DNA of 64,000 nt from Mobula hypostoma (GCF_963921235.1 NC_086098.1:7750001-7814000), one strand, 5' to 3'; shown: positions 35,271 to 47,705, numbered from the stretch's first letter. Notes: a model not told the origin generated them from the sequence alone. A program made the numbers and translations.

Positions 35271-35867
35271 GAGAGGCTGAGGAGGGGTTTGCTCTGCCGT
35301 TTTGACTTGTTTTATTGTTGTTGCAGCTGCTGTGTTGTGCTGCGTTGAACACTGTGGACATGCTAAGCTGGTGCTGGAATGTGTTTGGGACACCTGCAGG
35401 CTGCCACCGGTGCGTCCCTGGGTGTGTCGGTTGCTACGAGGTATTTCACTGCACGTTTTGATGTTTATACACGTGATAAATAAATCTGGATCTGAATCTG
35501 AATTTGTAAGTCCAGAGTTTGATGGGGTTGATGTGAGGTTGATGTATCTCCTGACTAGAATGTCTCAGACACTTGGCCATAGTTTTAAAGTAAGAGGTTG
35601 CCTACGTACATACGGATGTGGAGAAATTTCTTCCCCCAGAGGGTGATAAATCTTCGGAATTCCCTGCTCAAGAGGCCCTGAGAATAATCAAAACAGAAAT
35701 CAGTGGATCTTTAGATGTCAGGATGGAGTACTGGACAAACTTTTTGGCTTCTGACACAACAGCTGCTCTTGGTGCTAAGCAACTTTGGACTCACCATGTC
35801 TAAGAATTCAGAATGTTTGCTCTGAACATTTTTTGCTCTTTTAGATGGGGCCAAAGTTAGGCCACTA

Positions 35868-36502
35868 CACAGAGTGGCCACTTTATTTGGTACACCTGTA
35901 CACCTACTTGTTCATGCAAATATCTAATCAGCCAATCATGTGGCACCAACTCAATCCATTAAAGCATGCAGACATGGTTAAGAGGTTCAGTTGTTCAGAC
36001 CAAACATCAGAATGGAGAAGAAATGTGATCCAAGTGTCTTTGACCATGGAATGATTGTAGGTGCCAGACGGGATGGTTTGAGGTATCAGAAACTGATGAC
36101 CTCCTGAGACTTCCATGCAAAGCAGTCTCTAGAGAAGAGTTTCTTAACCTTTTTTATGCCATGGACTGATTCCACTGAGCAAGGAGTCAGAGGACCCCAT
36201 CTCTAGAGCTTACAAAAAATGGTGCAAAAAAGAAAACACATCCAGTGGCAGTTAGGTGGGTGAAAACACCTTGTTAATGAGAGAGGACAGAGGAGAATGG
36301 CCAGACTGGTTCAAGCTGACAGGAAGGCGACAGTAACTCAAATAACCACACATTACAGCAGTGGTGTGCAGAAGAGCATGTCTGAACACACAGCATGTCA
36401 ACCGTTGTAGTGAATGGGCTACAGCAGCTGAAGATCACGAACAGACACTCAGAGGCCACTTTATTAGGTACAGGAGGTGATAAGTACAGTGGCCACTGAG
36501 TG
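35868..36502 (+). mobile_element. Tc1-derived non-autonomous transposon
   Basis: Terminal inverted repeats (TIRs) CACAGAGTGGCCACTTTATT...AGTGGCCACTGAGTG with TA on the left flank. The interior encodes a decayed Tc1 transposase N-terminus. Confidence 0.85.
36135..36200. mobile_element. Truncated hAT (Charlie-like) MITE
   Basis: 8-bp TSD CTCTAGAG at 36127-36134 and 36201-36208, matching the NTCTAGAN target preference. Degenerate left TIR AAGAGTTTCTTAACCTTTTT. Confidence 0.6.
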
Positions 36503-36892
36503 TTTGCCAATAGAGGGTCAGACAGGAACAATACCACTGTATTAACATGTACAGCTTAATATGATTTTGACTTTCCCCAGAACAGATGGCACACCTCTGA
36601 TCTGTTTTCACAAATGATTACATCAAACATTTCAGAAAATGTTGGCCTCAGTATTTTTCAGGAGTTCTCTTGACCTTTCTGCATGGATATACTGTGATGT
36701 GACTATTTTACTTTTTTATTTTCCGTCATCACCGATTATCTGTCACCATTCTGACATGAGGGCAAGGAAGTATCACTGAAAATATTAACTGTTATTGCTT
36801 GTTCTCACTGTGAACCTTTTGATATTGAGGACACTTTTAATTTGAACAAGGGCTCACAGTCAGTTTCAGCACAACTAAATTAACCAAACCAA

Positions 36893-37130
36893 AGCTGCAG
36901 GAAGTTGTAAACTCAGTCAGCTCTCTCACGTGCAGAAGTCTCCTCAGCATCAAGGACATCTTCAAAAGGCGATGCCTTAGAAAGGCACAATCCATCATTA
37001 AAGACCCCCGTCATCCAGGACATGCTGTCTTCTCATTGCTAACATAAGGGAGGAGGTACAGGAGCCTGAAGACACACACTCAACATCTTAGGAACAGCAT
37101 ATTCCCCTCTGCCACCAGATTATGAATGGA
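36893..37130 (+). mobile_element. Rex1/Babar 3' fragment
   Basis: Encodes KAQSIIKDPRHPGHAVFSLL...RRYRSLKT. Confidence 0.8.
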
Positions 37131-37364
37131 ACATGGATCAACCCACTACTTTTGTTCTCTTTGAACTACTTACTAAATTTATGTATATTTTTTTTATTAT
37201 TTTAATTTATAATATTTTTATTATTACACTGTACTGTGCATGGGAGGGGAGAGTGGGAGGTTTTGTTAGTTCTAACTTTTTCCTGTCTTTATTCTTTGGG
37301 GTTTTTCTTCTGTTTCATGGATGTCTGTGAAGAGTAAGAATTTCAGGTTGTATATTGTATACAT

Positions 37365-37602
37365 CGAAACATACAAACACAGAAAACAGGTGCAGGAGTA
37401 GGCCATTCGGGCCTTCGAGCCTGCACCGCCATTCAGTATGATCATGGCTGATCATCCAACTCAGAACCCTGCACCAGTCTTCCCTCCATACCCCCTGATC
37501 CCTTTAGCCACAAGGGCCATATCTAACTGCCTCTTAAATATAGCCAATGAACTGGCCTCAACTGTTTCCTGTGGCAGAGAATTCCATAGATTCACCACTC
37601 TC
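37365..37602 (-). mobile_element. Young-family CR1 3' end
   Basis: Matches 24540-24775. 9-bp TSD TGTATACAT at 37356-37364 and 37603-37611. Confidence 0.9.
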
Positions 37603-37792
37603 TGTATACATTCTCTGATATTAAATAGAACCATTGAATTGACTTTATTACTTACATCCTTCCTATAAATGAGGAGTAAAAATCTTTCGTTACATCTCCA
37701 TCTAAATGTTCAATGTGCATTTTAGAGTAATTTATAATAAACAGTATGTACAACAGGATAGTCAATATAACATAGAAATATAGTTGTGTCAA

Positions 37793-38307
37793 CGTGAGTT
37801 CATCAGTCTGATGGCCTAGTGGAAGAAGCTGTCCCGGAGCCTGTTGGTCCTGGCTTTTATGCTGCGGTACCATTTCCCGCATGGTTGCAGCTGGAACAGT
37901 TTGTGGTTGGGGTGTCTCAGGTCCACAAAGATTCTTTGGGCCCTTTTTACACACCTGTCTTTGTAAGTGTCCTGAATAGTGGAAGTTCACATCTACAGTT
38001 GCGCTGGGCTGACCGCACCACTCTCTGCAGAGTCCTGCGATTGAGGGAAGTACAGTTCCCGTACCAGGCAGTGATGCAGCCAGTCAGGATGCTCTCAATT
38101 GTACCCTTTTGTTTCTTTTCTCTATTGATATATATATATATAAAAATTAGTATACTATTTTGTTACCTTAGTATGTTATGTTTAAATTACATTGTTTGTA
38201 TCACTTTTTTTTCTGTATTAATATCTCCTGTAATTTTATTATATTACAGTGTATTAGTGCCTATATGGCTTATCCTTTTGTATACTTATTCAATAAAAAG
38301 ATTTAAA

Positions 38308-38338
<31 letters not shown>

Positions 38339-38490
38339 GATTTGGGGACCACACCAAACTTCTTCAACCGTCTGAGGTGAAAAAGGCGCTGTTGTGCTTT
38401 TTTCACTACATTGTCTGTTTGTACAGACCACGTGAGATCCTCAATGATGTCTATGCCGAGAAACTAACGTTGCTCACCTTCTCAACCCCA
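37793..38490 (-). mobile_element. Rex1/Babar fragment, split by an L1-like 3' end
   Basis: Antisense ILTGCITAWYGNC...LQRVVRSAQR...HPNHKLFQLQPCGKWYRSIKARTNRLRDSFF. Confidence 0.85.
38107..38338 (+). mobile_element. T-rich LINE 3'UTR (L1/Tx1-like) with AATAAA and a (GAAA)n tail
   Basis: AATAAAAAGATTTAAAAAG(AAAG)n. It interrupts the Rex1 coding sequence. Confidence 0.6.
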
Positions 38491-38699
38491 TTGAACCAAT
38501 GCTGCCACAAAACAACAAATTTCACAACATATTTCAGTGACAATAAATCTAATTCTGATTCCAATTCTGACTCTAGTCTGAAGCTGATGTGCCCCATTCG
38601 TTCCTAACCTCCGTTTTGAATTCACAACTTCTAGACAGAACAAATTATAAATATCACAACCTTATGAACTATGCTCCTTCCAACTGTAAATAATTGTAA

Positions 38700-38870
38700 A
38701 AGTTTCAAATCTCTTACTAGCTCTTCCTTCAGTTAGTCCTGACAAAGGGTCTCGGCCCGAAACGTCGACTGCACCTCTTCCTAGAGATGCTGCCTGGCCT
38801 GCTGCGTTCACCAGCAACTTTTATGTGTGTTGCTTGAATTTCCAGCATCTGCAGAACTCCTCATGTTTAC
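38700..38870 (+). mobile_element. Solo Penelope pLTR fragment with a hammerhead variant
   Basis: AGTC-CTGACAA-AGGGTCTCGGCCC-GAAACGTC-GACT at 38735-38770. The core G8 is changed to A. Confidence 0.85.
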
Positions 38871-39449
38871 AAATTATTGTCATTTTGTGTGTTTTATTCA
38901 GTGGTTATTGGTTCAGAAATGTTATCAGAGAGCATATTTGGAAATGGAACCTTGTTTGTGTTTTGTGAGCATATAATTAGGCCCTGGCAGCTCATCACTG
39001 GATTTTTGTTTGTACCTCTGCCTTGTGCATGTGATGTACTTGTGCACAGAAAACAGAATGCAGAGGCAGCAACGCTAAATGACAATCAGCATATTATTTA
39101 TTCATATTGGTTTTGTGTTTGTGATTAAACCCATACCAATTTTTATTGAATTGCCATAGAAAGCCTCCTATCTAGATGCACAATGGCTTGTTAGGGCAAC
39201 GGCTCTGCCTTTGATCACAGGAAATTGCGGAGAGTTTTGGACATTCTGTAGCACATTACAGAAACAAGCCTTTCTTTCATGGATTCTGTTCATTTCTCAC
39301 CGCCTTGGTAAACAAGCCCCTATACTCAACAGCCCATTCCATCCTGGACATTTCTTTTCTCCATTGTTCCATCGGACAGAAGATACAAACATATCATTAG
39401 ACAGGAGGACAGCTTCTATTTGCTATTTGTAAGAGAATTTATAAGTAAG

Positions 39450-40385
39450 ATTAAAGATAGAGGAGTAGAATTAAGTGATTTGGCCGATCGAGTCCAATTT
39501 TCCTATCAGCACCAATCTCTGGCCTTCTCCACATATACCTTCATGCTCTGACCAGTCAAAAACCTATCAACCTCTGTCTTAAATATGCATAAAGACTTGG
39601 CCTCCACAGTCACCTGTGGCAAGAATTCCACAGATTCACCACTTCCTGGCTAAAGAAATTCCTCCTCATCTCCGTTCTACAAGGACGTCCTCTATTCTGA
39701 GCCTGGTGTCAGACTCTCCCGCCATAGGAAACATCCTCTCCACATCCATTCGTTCAAGACTATTCACCATCGAATTCCAGAGAATACAGGCTTCAAACAC
39801 TTTTCATATGATAAGCCATTTAATCTTGGAATCATTTTCGTGAACTTCTTTTGAACCCTCCGCATTGTCAGCACATCCATTCTCAGATAAGGGTCCGAAA
39901 ACTTCACAATACTCCAAGTGGGCCTCAACATTACATCCCTGCTTTGATATTCAAGTCCACTTGAAATGAATGCTAACACTGCATTTGCCTTCCTAATCAC
40001 TGACTCAGTCTGCAAATTAAGCCTTAAGGAATCCTGCACAAGGGCTCCCAAGTCCCTCTGCATCTCAGGTTTTTGTATTTTCTCTCCATTTAGAAAATAG
40101 TCAATCCTTTCATTTCTTCTACCAAAGTGCATGAACATACACTTGCTGACTCTGTATTCCATCTGCCATTTATTTGCCCTTTCTCCTAATCTGTTTAATT
40201 CCTTCTGTAGCCTCTCTACTTTCTCAAATCCACCCACCCTCAACCTATCTTCATATTGTCTGTAAACTCTGCAACAAAGCCATCAATTCCGTCATCCAAA
40301 TCATTGACATACAACGTAAAAAAAAATCAATCCCAACACAGACTCCTGTGGAACACCACTAGTCACAGCAGCCAGATGTAAAATG
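39450..40385 (-). mobile_element. Old CR1 (RT C-terminal half and 3' end)
   Basis: VTSGVPQ, HFGRRN and QRDLG remnants. Confidence 0.85.
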
Positions 40386-40394
40386 CTCCCTTTA

Positions 40395-42410
40395 GGCCAT
40401 AACACTATAAGACGTAGTAGCAGAATTACACCATTCAGCCCATCAAGTCTGCTCCGCCATTCCATCATGGCTGATACTGGCACCCACTCAACCCTCTACA
40501 CCTGCCTTCTCAAAATAGCCCTCGATGCCCTGACCAACAGGAAACTATTAATTTCTGCTTTAAGTATACTCACGGACTTGGCCTCCACCACAGTATGTGG
40601 TGGAACATTCCGTAGGGTCACTACTCTCTAGCTAAAAAATTCCTCCTTAATTCTATTCCCAAAGGTCGCTCCTCACTTTGAAGGCTGTGTCCTTTAGTTC
40701 TGGATACTCTCACCATCAGAAACATCTTCTCCAAGTTCACCTTATCTAGTTCTTTCAACATTTGGTAGGTTTCAATGAGATTCCACCCCACCATGCTTCT
40801 AAATTCCAGTGAGTACAGGCCCAAAGTTGCCAAACACTTCTCATATTTTAACCCCTTCATTCCTGGAATCATCCTCGTGAACTTCTGCTGGCCTCTCCAA
40901 TGACAATACACCCTTTCTGAGATATGAGAGCCAAAACTGTTGACAATACACCAAGCGCGGCCTGACTAGCGTCTTATAACGGCTCAGTATTATCTCCTTG
41001 CTTTTAAATTTTACTCCCCTTAAAATAACCGTCAACATTGCATTTACCTTCTCTACCCCAGGCTCAATCTGTAAATTAACATTCTGGGAGTCTTGCATGA
41101 GGACTCCTAAGTCCCTCTGCGCTTCTGATATTTGAACCTTCTCCCCATTCAGATAATAGCCCACGTTATTGTTCCTTTTACCACAATGCATTATCATAGA
41201 TTTCCCTACACTGTATTCCATCTGCCACTTTTTTGTCCATTTTTCCATTTGTCTAAGTTCTGATGTAATCGCATTGCTTCCTCAGCACTACCTACCCCTC
41301 CACTGATCTTTATATCATCCGCAAACTTTGTCACAATGCTGTCAGTTCCATTATCTAAATCATTGACAAACAATGTGAAAAGTAGCGGTCCCAATACTGA
41401 CCCCTAAGGAACACCACTAGTCACTGGCAGCCAACCAGAAAAAGCCCCTTTTATTCGCACTCGCTGCTCCTGCACATCAGACATTCCTCTATCCATGCCA
41501 GTATCTTTCCTGTAACACCATAAAATTTTATCTTGTTAAGCAGCCTCATTTGTGGCACCTTATCAAATGCCTTCTGAAAATCCAAGTAAATGACATCCAC
41601 TACCTCTCTTTGTCCACCCTGTTTGTTACTTCCTCTAAGAACTCTAACAGATTTGTCAGGCATGCTTTCCCTTTACAGAGACCATGCTGACTTTGACTTA
41701 TTTTATAATTAGTCTCCAAGTACCTTGAAACCTCATCCTTAATAATAGACTCCAACGGTCTCCCAACCACTGAGGTTAGGCTAACTGATCTATGAATTCC
41801 TTTCTTTTGGTTTTCTCCCTTCTTAAAGAGTGGAGTGATATTTGTAATCTTCCAGTCCTCGGAGACTATGCCAGAACCAGATTCTTGAAAGATCATGACC
41901 AATGCATCCATTATCTTCAGCAACCTCTCTCAGAAATCTGGGATGTAGTCCATCTGGTTCAGGTGACTTACCCACTTCAGGATTTTTGATTTTGCCTAGC
42001 ATTTTTTCCTTTGTAATAGCAAGGGCACTTACTCCTGCTCCCTGATACTCTGTTCATCTGCCATTTCTTTGTCCCCCATTACTACCACACCAGCGTCACT
42101 TTACAGTGGTCCAATATCAACCCCCACCTCCTTTTTACTCTTTATATAACTGAAGTACTTCTGGTATCTGATTTCCTCGTGTTTGATTTATAATGCTGGC
42201 TAGTTTGCCATCATATTTAATCTTTTTCCTTCATATAGCTTTTTTAGTTGCCTTTTGTTGGATTTTAAAAACTTCCCACTCACTTTGCTACATTATATGC
42301 CCTTTCCTTGGCTTTTATGGAGTCCTTAACTTCACCTGTCAGCCACGGTTGTCTACCGCTACCATTTGAGAACTTCCTCCTCTGTGGGACATATCTATCC
42401 TGCCTCATCA
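40395..42410 (-). mobile_element. Old CR1 (linker, RT and 3' end), decayed
   Basis: DWKITNITPLFKKG, QHGL, YLDFQKAFDKVP and FADD motifs in several frames. Confidence 0.9.
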
Positions 42411-43059
42411 GCCCCTCGTTCAGAATTTTGCACAGTGTTGTTTATCTGCATGTATTTAGAAATAGCTGTAGTGTGCTGGTCAGGATGTGACATGCAATAA
42501 AAAAATATTTAACAATGATCAAAAATTAAAAAAAATAAGAATTAAAAGTAAAGTGAAAGTACAGAGATAGAATAAAATATACATAAACACGAACATGTAT
42601 TTACGCTGTAAACAGCATCATAAGTAGTGGTTTAAGGTGTTTACAGTGCAGTGATGGTACTCATAGATAGAGCGGGGGTGGGGTAGGCTAACCAGATCAT
42701 GGTTATACATCTACACCAGGTAGAGTGTCTTTACCTTGTTATAATCTTGCACCTTAACGCCTATCTGTACGGCACTTTTTCTTTTGTTGTTATACTTCAC
42801 CCTGCATTCTATTATTGTTTTAACTTGTTCTGCCTCAGTGCCTCTTTATAATGAAGTGGTCTGTATGGGATTAGCTTTACATACTCATCGAAACATGGAA
42901 GCATACAGTGAAATACATCATTTTGTATCAAGTCTAATCAGCGAGGACTGTGCTGGAGGCAGCCCGCAAGTCTGGCCATGCTTCCAGCAACAACATAGTA
43001 TGCTCACAATTTAAAGTTCAAAGTAAATTTAACATCAGAGTAAATATAACCCCCACCAT

Positions 43060-43225
43060 CCATACACATTTGGACTATGGGAAGTAAACGGAGCTTCTGG
43101 AGGTAACCCACGCGGTCACAGGGAGAAAACACAAACTCATTACAGAGAGCAGTGGGAATCGAACTCTGGGCAGTGAGCACTGATGCTGTAAAATGGCTGC
43201 ACTAACCACAACACTACTGTACCAC
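43060..43225 (-). mobile_element. V-domain SINE fragment
   Basis: Antisense V-domain ACCCACGCGGTCACAGGGAGAA and antisense B box GGGAATCGAACTC. Confidence 0.65.
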
Positions 43226-43329
43226 CCAATGCAAAATGTGTTTTTCACTGTAAATATGACAATAATAAATTAATTTTATTACATCTGTCTGCTCCATGAT
43301 CCAACGGTTTAGGAACAGCTTATTCGTCT

Positions 43330-43697
43330 CTATACACGAATGCTCCGGATGGCTCTTGATGTGAGTTGGCAACAGCACATGACGAACGTCGAGCTCTATA
43401 ACAACCTACCGATGCTCACCACTAAAATCGAGGCGAGAAGACTGCAACTAGCGGGGCACTGTCTACGCCACCCCGAGCTACCTGCCAGCCTAGTCATCAT
43501 ATGGGAGCCCAAACATGGGAGGGTAAACCCTGGGCGCCCTCCCAAGACTATGGTCAACACGCTCCTAGAATTCAGCAGCGCGGCTAATGTAGATGAACTG
43601 AACACACTGATGAGGGAGAGGGAGAAGTGGAGAGTCTGTCATTGTGCCCGATGCCGGCCCCCTAGGCCTGAGTCAACGTAATAGTAGTAGTAGTAGT
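43330..43697 (+). mobile_element. RTE/RTEX-type LINE 3' end with a (TAG)n tail
   Basis: Encodes YTRMLRMALDVSWQQHMTNVELY...RRLQLAGHCLRH...WEPKHGRVNPGRP. Confidence 0.8.
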
Positions 43698-44015
43698 TAT
43701 TCGTTTGGGAAGAGAGAGTGAGGCTGACGCTGCGCAACTCTCCCTCACTTAAATCCAAGTCACGCGCTAGCCTCGACACCATCAATAATGGTGTCGAGGT
43801 CCTCATCGGTGTCGACGATGGACGAACAAGATATTCGTCTTCTGCCGCCATCTTTCCATGAACCAACCCATTAACACTACCTCACTGTTTTTGCTATATT
43901 TTTGCACTACTTACTGAGTAATTTATTGTATGTATTTCTGATGAAATATATAGTTATGATCCCTGAGGCTTGTCGTGGTCATTCTGTCAGAAACCTCAGA
44001 GCAGGTGGTCATGGT

Positions 44016-44140
44016 AGAAACATAGAAACATAGAAAATAGGTGCAGGAGTAGGCCATTCGGCCCTTCGAGCCTGCACCGCCATTTATTATGATCATGGCT
44101 GATCATCCAACTCAGAACCCCGCCCCAGCCTTCCCTCCAT
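44016..44140 (-). mobile_element. Young-family CR1 3' tip
   Basis: The reverse complement matches 6886-7019 (CATAATAAATGG subfamily). Confidence 0.9.
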
Positions 44141-44261
44141 GAACTGACAGTGTCTTGGGAAAACCAGATTGAGGAGGTGTTTGTGCCTCCTCAAATGCCA
44201 GAGACTGGTAGAGCCGTGCCAGTGAAAGGAGTGTAACGCACAATGTGAGCCTACAGAGGTT

Positions 44262-45270
44262 AGAAACCATAGAAACCATAGAAAAACTACAGCACAGAAA
44301 CAGGCCTTTTGGCCCTTCTTGGCTGTGCCGAACCATTTTCTGCCTAGTCCCACTGACCTACACACGGACCATATCCCTCCATACACCTCCCATCCATGTA
44401 TCTGTCCAATTTATTCTTAAATGTTAAAAAAGAACCCACCTCGTCTGGCAGCTCATTCCATACTCCCACCACTTTCTGTGTGAAGAAGCCCCCCCTAATG
44501 TTCCCTTTAAACATTTCCCCCCTCACTTTTAACCCATATCCTCTGGTTTTTTTCTCCCCTTGCCTCAGTGGAAAAAGCCTGCTTGCATTCACTCTATATA
44601 TACCCATCATAATTTGATATACCTCTATCAAATCCAGGGAATAAAATCCTAACCTATTCAACCTTTCTCTGTAACTGAGTTTCTCAAAGTCCCGGCAACA
44701 TCCTCGTAAACCTTCTCTGCACTCTTTCTACCTTATTTATATCCTTCCTGTAATTTGGTGACTAAAACTGAATACAATACTCCAGATTCGGCCTCACCAA
44801 TGCCTTATACAACCTCATCATAACATTCCAGCTCTTATACTAAATACTTTGATTAATAAAGGCCAATGTACCAAAAGCTCTCTTTACGACCCTATCTACC
44901 TGTGACGCCACTTTTAGGGAATTTTGTATCTGTATTCCCAGATCCCTCTGTTTTACTGCACTCCTTAGTGCCTTACCATTAACCCTGTATGTTCTACGTT
45001 GGTTTGTCCTTCCAACGTGCAATACCTCACACTTGTCAATATTAAATTCCATCTGCCATTTTTCAGCCCATTTTTCCAGCTGGTCCAAGTCCCTCTGCAG
45101 GCTCTGAAAACCTTCCTCACTGTCTACTACACCTCCAATCTTTGTATCATCAGCAAATTTTCTGATCCAATTTACCACATTATCATCCAGATCATTGATA
45201 TAGTTGACAAATAACAATGGACCCAGCACTGATCCCTGTGGCACACCACTAGTCACAGGCCTCCACTCGG
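44262..45270 (-). mobile_element. CR1 3' fragment with a 9-mer tail
   Basis: VTSGVPQGSVLGP and FADDTKIGG motifs. (TTTCTATGG)n tail. AGAGGTT at both junctions, 44255-44261 and 45271-45277. Confidence 0.9.
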
Positions 45271-46422
45271 AGAGGTTTTGCTGGAACCTACCCTCTCCTT
45301 GGCATCACGGGGCCTGCAGAGGAAAGAGGCATCAGGACCGGCTTTGCGAGCCTCCACGTGAATACAGATCAAGGGATATGACCCATGGACCAATGCTGCT
45401 GGGACACGAGCTATGGCCTGATCAACCCTGGCTGGGTCGCCTGGGCAAGATTGTCTGATATTGAAATACCAGGCAATCCAGGTTACCTCACTGATGATGT
45501 GTCCCAGCGCAGCCTGGAATGTATCTCACCATCATAATTTTTTAATGTATTGCACTGTACTGCTGCCGCAAAACTACAAATTTCATGACATATGTCAGTG
45601 ATATTAAACTTGATTCTGATTCTTATCACCACCACACAAGCAGCTGCTAAAATATTCCAACAGGAGTTCTACAAAGTTAAGGGTTTGTGGAGAAAAACGC
45701 TGTGCACATGCTTAGACCTTGGACACATTAGACTGCTGCCAGAGTGCCCTTGGACACCCTGTATGTGCACCCACTTATCCTCCCCTCTCCACATCTTGCA
45801 GCAATTTTCAGGGGCTAACTTACTTTCATCAACCATCAACAAACACATTTTGTCATTATGCAGTCTTTTTCCTGTGTGGACAAGACCTGTGGCTTTCATC
45901 TTTGCAAGAAGCCACAACGACATCAATCTGACTTTCATCTTATCGACAATAGAGCTATTATCTTGACGTGAACAGCGTGAATTTTGCTTGATCTGTGGAG
46001 AATTCAAATAAAACGTACTTTGATTTTAATAACACTGTTAAGAAACTGTCGTAAGTGGACGGGGAAAATGAAATGCTTCTTGATCATGTGCAGACAACTG
46101 ACCTCTTTAACTTTCCCTTCTGTAATTGTGTGCAGTACAAGCTGGTCCATCATTGTATTGCTCCTAAATAGACAGTTTCAATGAGATGGAAATCTAATCA
46201 TGTGTAAAGGAGGCACCAAAACTGGAACTTGGCTGGTGAATAAACGTATGATTGTCAACCAGACAGCTGTTGAATGAACCTTCAGCAAGGATAACATGGT
46301 GCAACAAATACCTTTTTCAATATAAATTTCAGTTAGATCTTTAACATTTAACTTCGTGACTTACAAAATAATCACATACTAAACAGATTATTTTCATGTG
46401 TCTATTTTATTATTAGGACATG

Positions 46423-46971
46423 CACTCATTTCATTAGGTACACCCGTATACCTGCTGGTTAATGCAAATATCTAATCAGCCAATTGTGTGGCAGCAACTC
46501 AATGCATAAAAGCATGCAGACATGGTCAAGGGAGTCATTTGTTGTTCAGACCAAACATCAGAATGGGGAAGAAAAGTGACATAAGTGACTTCAACCTTGG
46601 AAAGATTGTTGGTTCAAGACAGGGCGATTTGAGTATCTCAGAAACCTTTGATCTCCTGAGATTTTCACATGCTACTGTTTCTAGAGTTTACAGAGAATAG
46701 TGCGAGAAACAAAAAATATCCAGTGAGTGGCTGTTTTGTGGGTGAGAACACTTTGTTAAGAGGAGAATGGCCAGACTGGTTCAAGCTGACAGGAAGGCGA
46801 CAGTAACTCAAATAACCACATGTTACAAACGTGTGTGCAGAAGAGCATCTCGGAATGCACAATATGTCAAATCTTGAAGCGGATGGGCTACAGGAGTAGA
46901 AGACCTCAGACATACACTCAGTGGCCACTTTATTAGGTACAGGAGGTATCTCATAAAGCAGCCACTGAGTG
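46423..46971 (+). mobile_element. Tc1-derived non-autonomous transposon
   Basis: Encodes MGKKSDISDFNLGKIVGSRQGDLSISETFDLLRFSHATVSRVYRE, a Tc1-type HTH N-terminus. The right TIR is followed by TA. Confidence 0.85.
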
Positions 46972-47269
46972 TAAATGTCATTGACATTTATGAGTCAGAT
47001 GCAACACATTACTGAAATGATTCAGTGTTTATTTTATTCCATTTCCATTTTACAGCTATGTGTTGATTCATCCCCACCTCCCACCATACATCTGACCCAA
47101 CCTTGCATGAATCACCTGTAAGAAGAATTGCTAACAGAGCCCAACTCTCAGCATTTGCCAGTGTCCTTTTATCAACAGAAATTCAAGATAATGTCTTTTC
47201 TTTACCCCCCTTTCTCTCTGTAAAATGAGGCAGGGAATAGCTATATACATAGATTCCTCTTCATTCACA

Positions 47270-47465
47270 GTAACATTGTGGTTAGCGTGACGCTATTACA
47301 GATCGGCGGGGGGTGGTGGTGATGGAGTTCGGAGTTCATTTATGATGTTGTCTGTAAGTTGTAGTTACCTTCCCGTGACTGTGTGGGTTTCCTCCAAGTG
47401 CTCCGGTTTCCTCCCATACTCCGAAGACATACTGGTTAGTAGGTTACTTGGTTATTGCACATCGT
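47270..47465 (+). mobile_element. V-domain SINE
   Basis: A-box-like GTGGTTAGCGTGACG and V-domain GTGGGTTTCCTCCAAGTGCTCCGGTTTCCTCCCA. Confidence 0.7.
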
Positions 47466-47509
47466 CCAATGATGGTCATGTGATTCTACCATGGGTGGCA
47501 GGGGCACTG

Positions 47510-47705
47510 CGCAGGATCGAAAATCAGCTCCATCATGGGCACTGGCCTCTCCAGCATTCAGGGCATCTTTAAGGAGCAATGCCTCATAAAGTCAGCATCC
47601 ATCATTGAGGACACCCATCAGCCAGGATATGCCCTCTTCTCATTGGTACCATCAGGGAGGAGGTACACATACATTCAGTGATTCAGGAATAGCTTCTTCC
47701 CTTCT
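47510..47705 (+). mobile_element. Rex1/Babar fragment
   Basis: Encodes SIIEDTHQPGYALFSLVPSGRRY. Confidence 0.75.

Larger units (their letters stand above)
43955..45520 (+). mobile_element. HERO/R2-group non-LTR element relic (restriction-like endonuclease plus 3'UTR), split by two CR1s
   Basis: The joined pieces read SLRLVVVILSETSEQVVM | ELTVSWENQIEEVF...CEPTEV | RGFAGT..LLGITG. The 3' end is CACTGATGATGTGTCC. Confidence 0.72.

Noticed and set aside
37819..38607. 262-aa ORF with a hydrophobic stretch
   Set aside because: It is an antisense read of Rex1 joined to a T-rich LINE 3'UTR and a GAAA tail.
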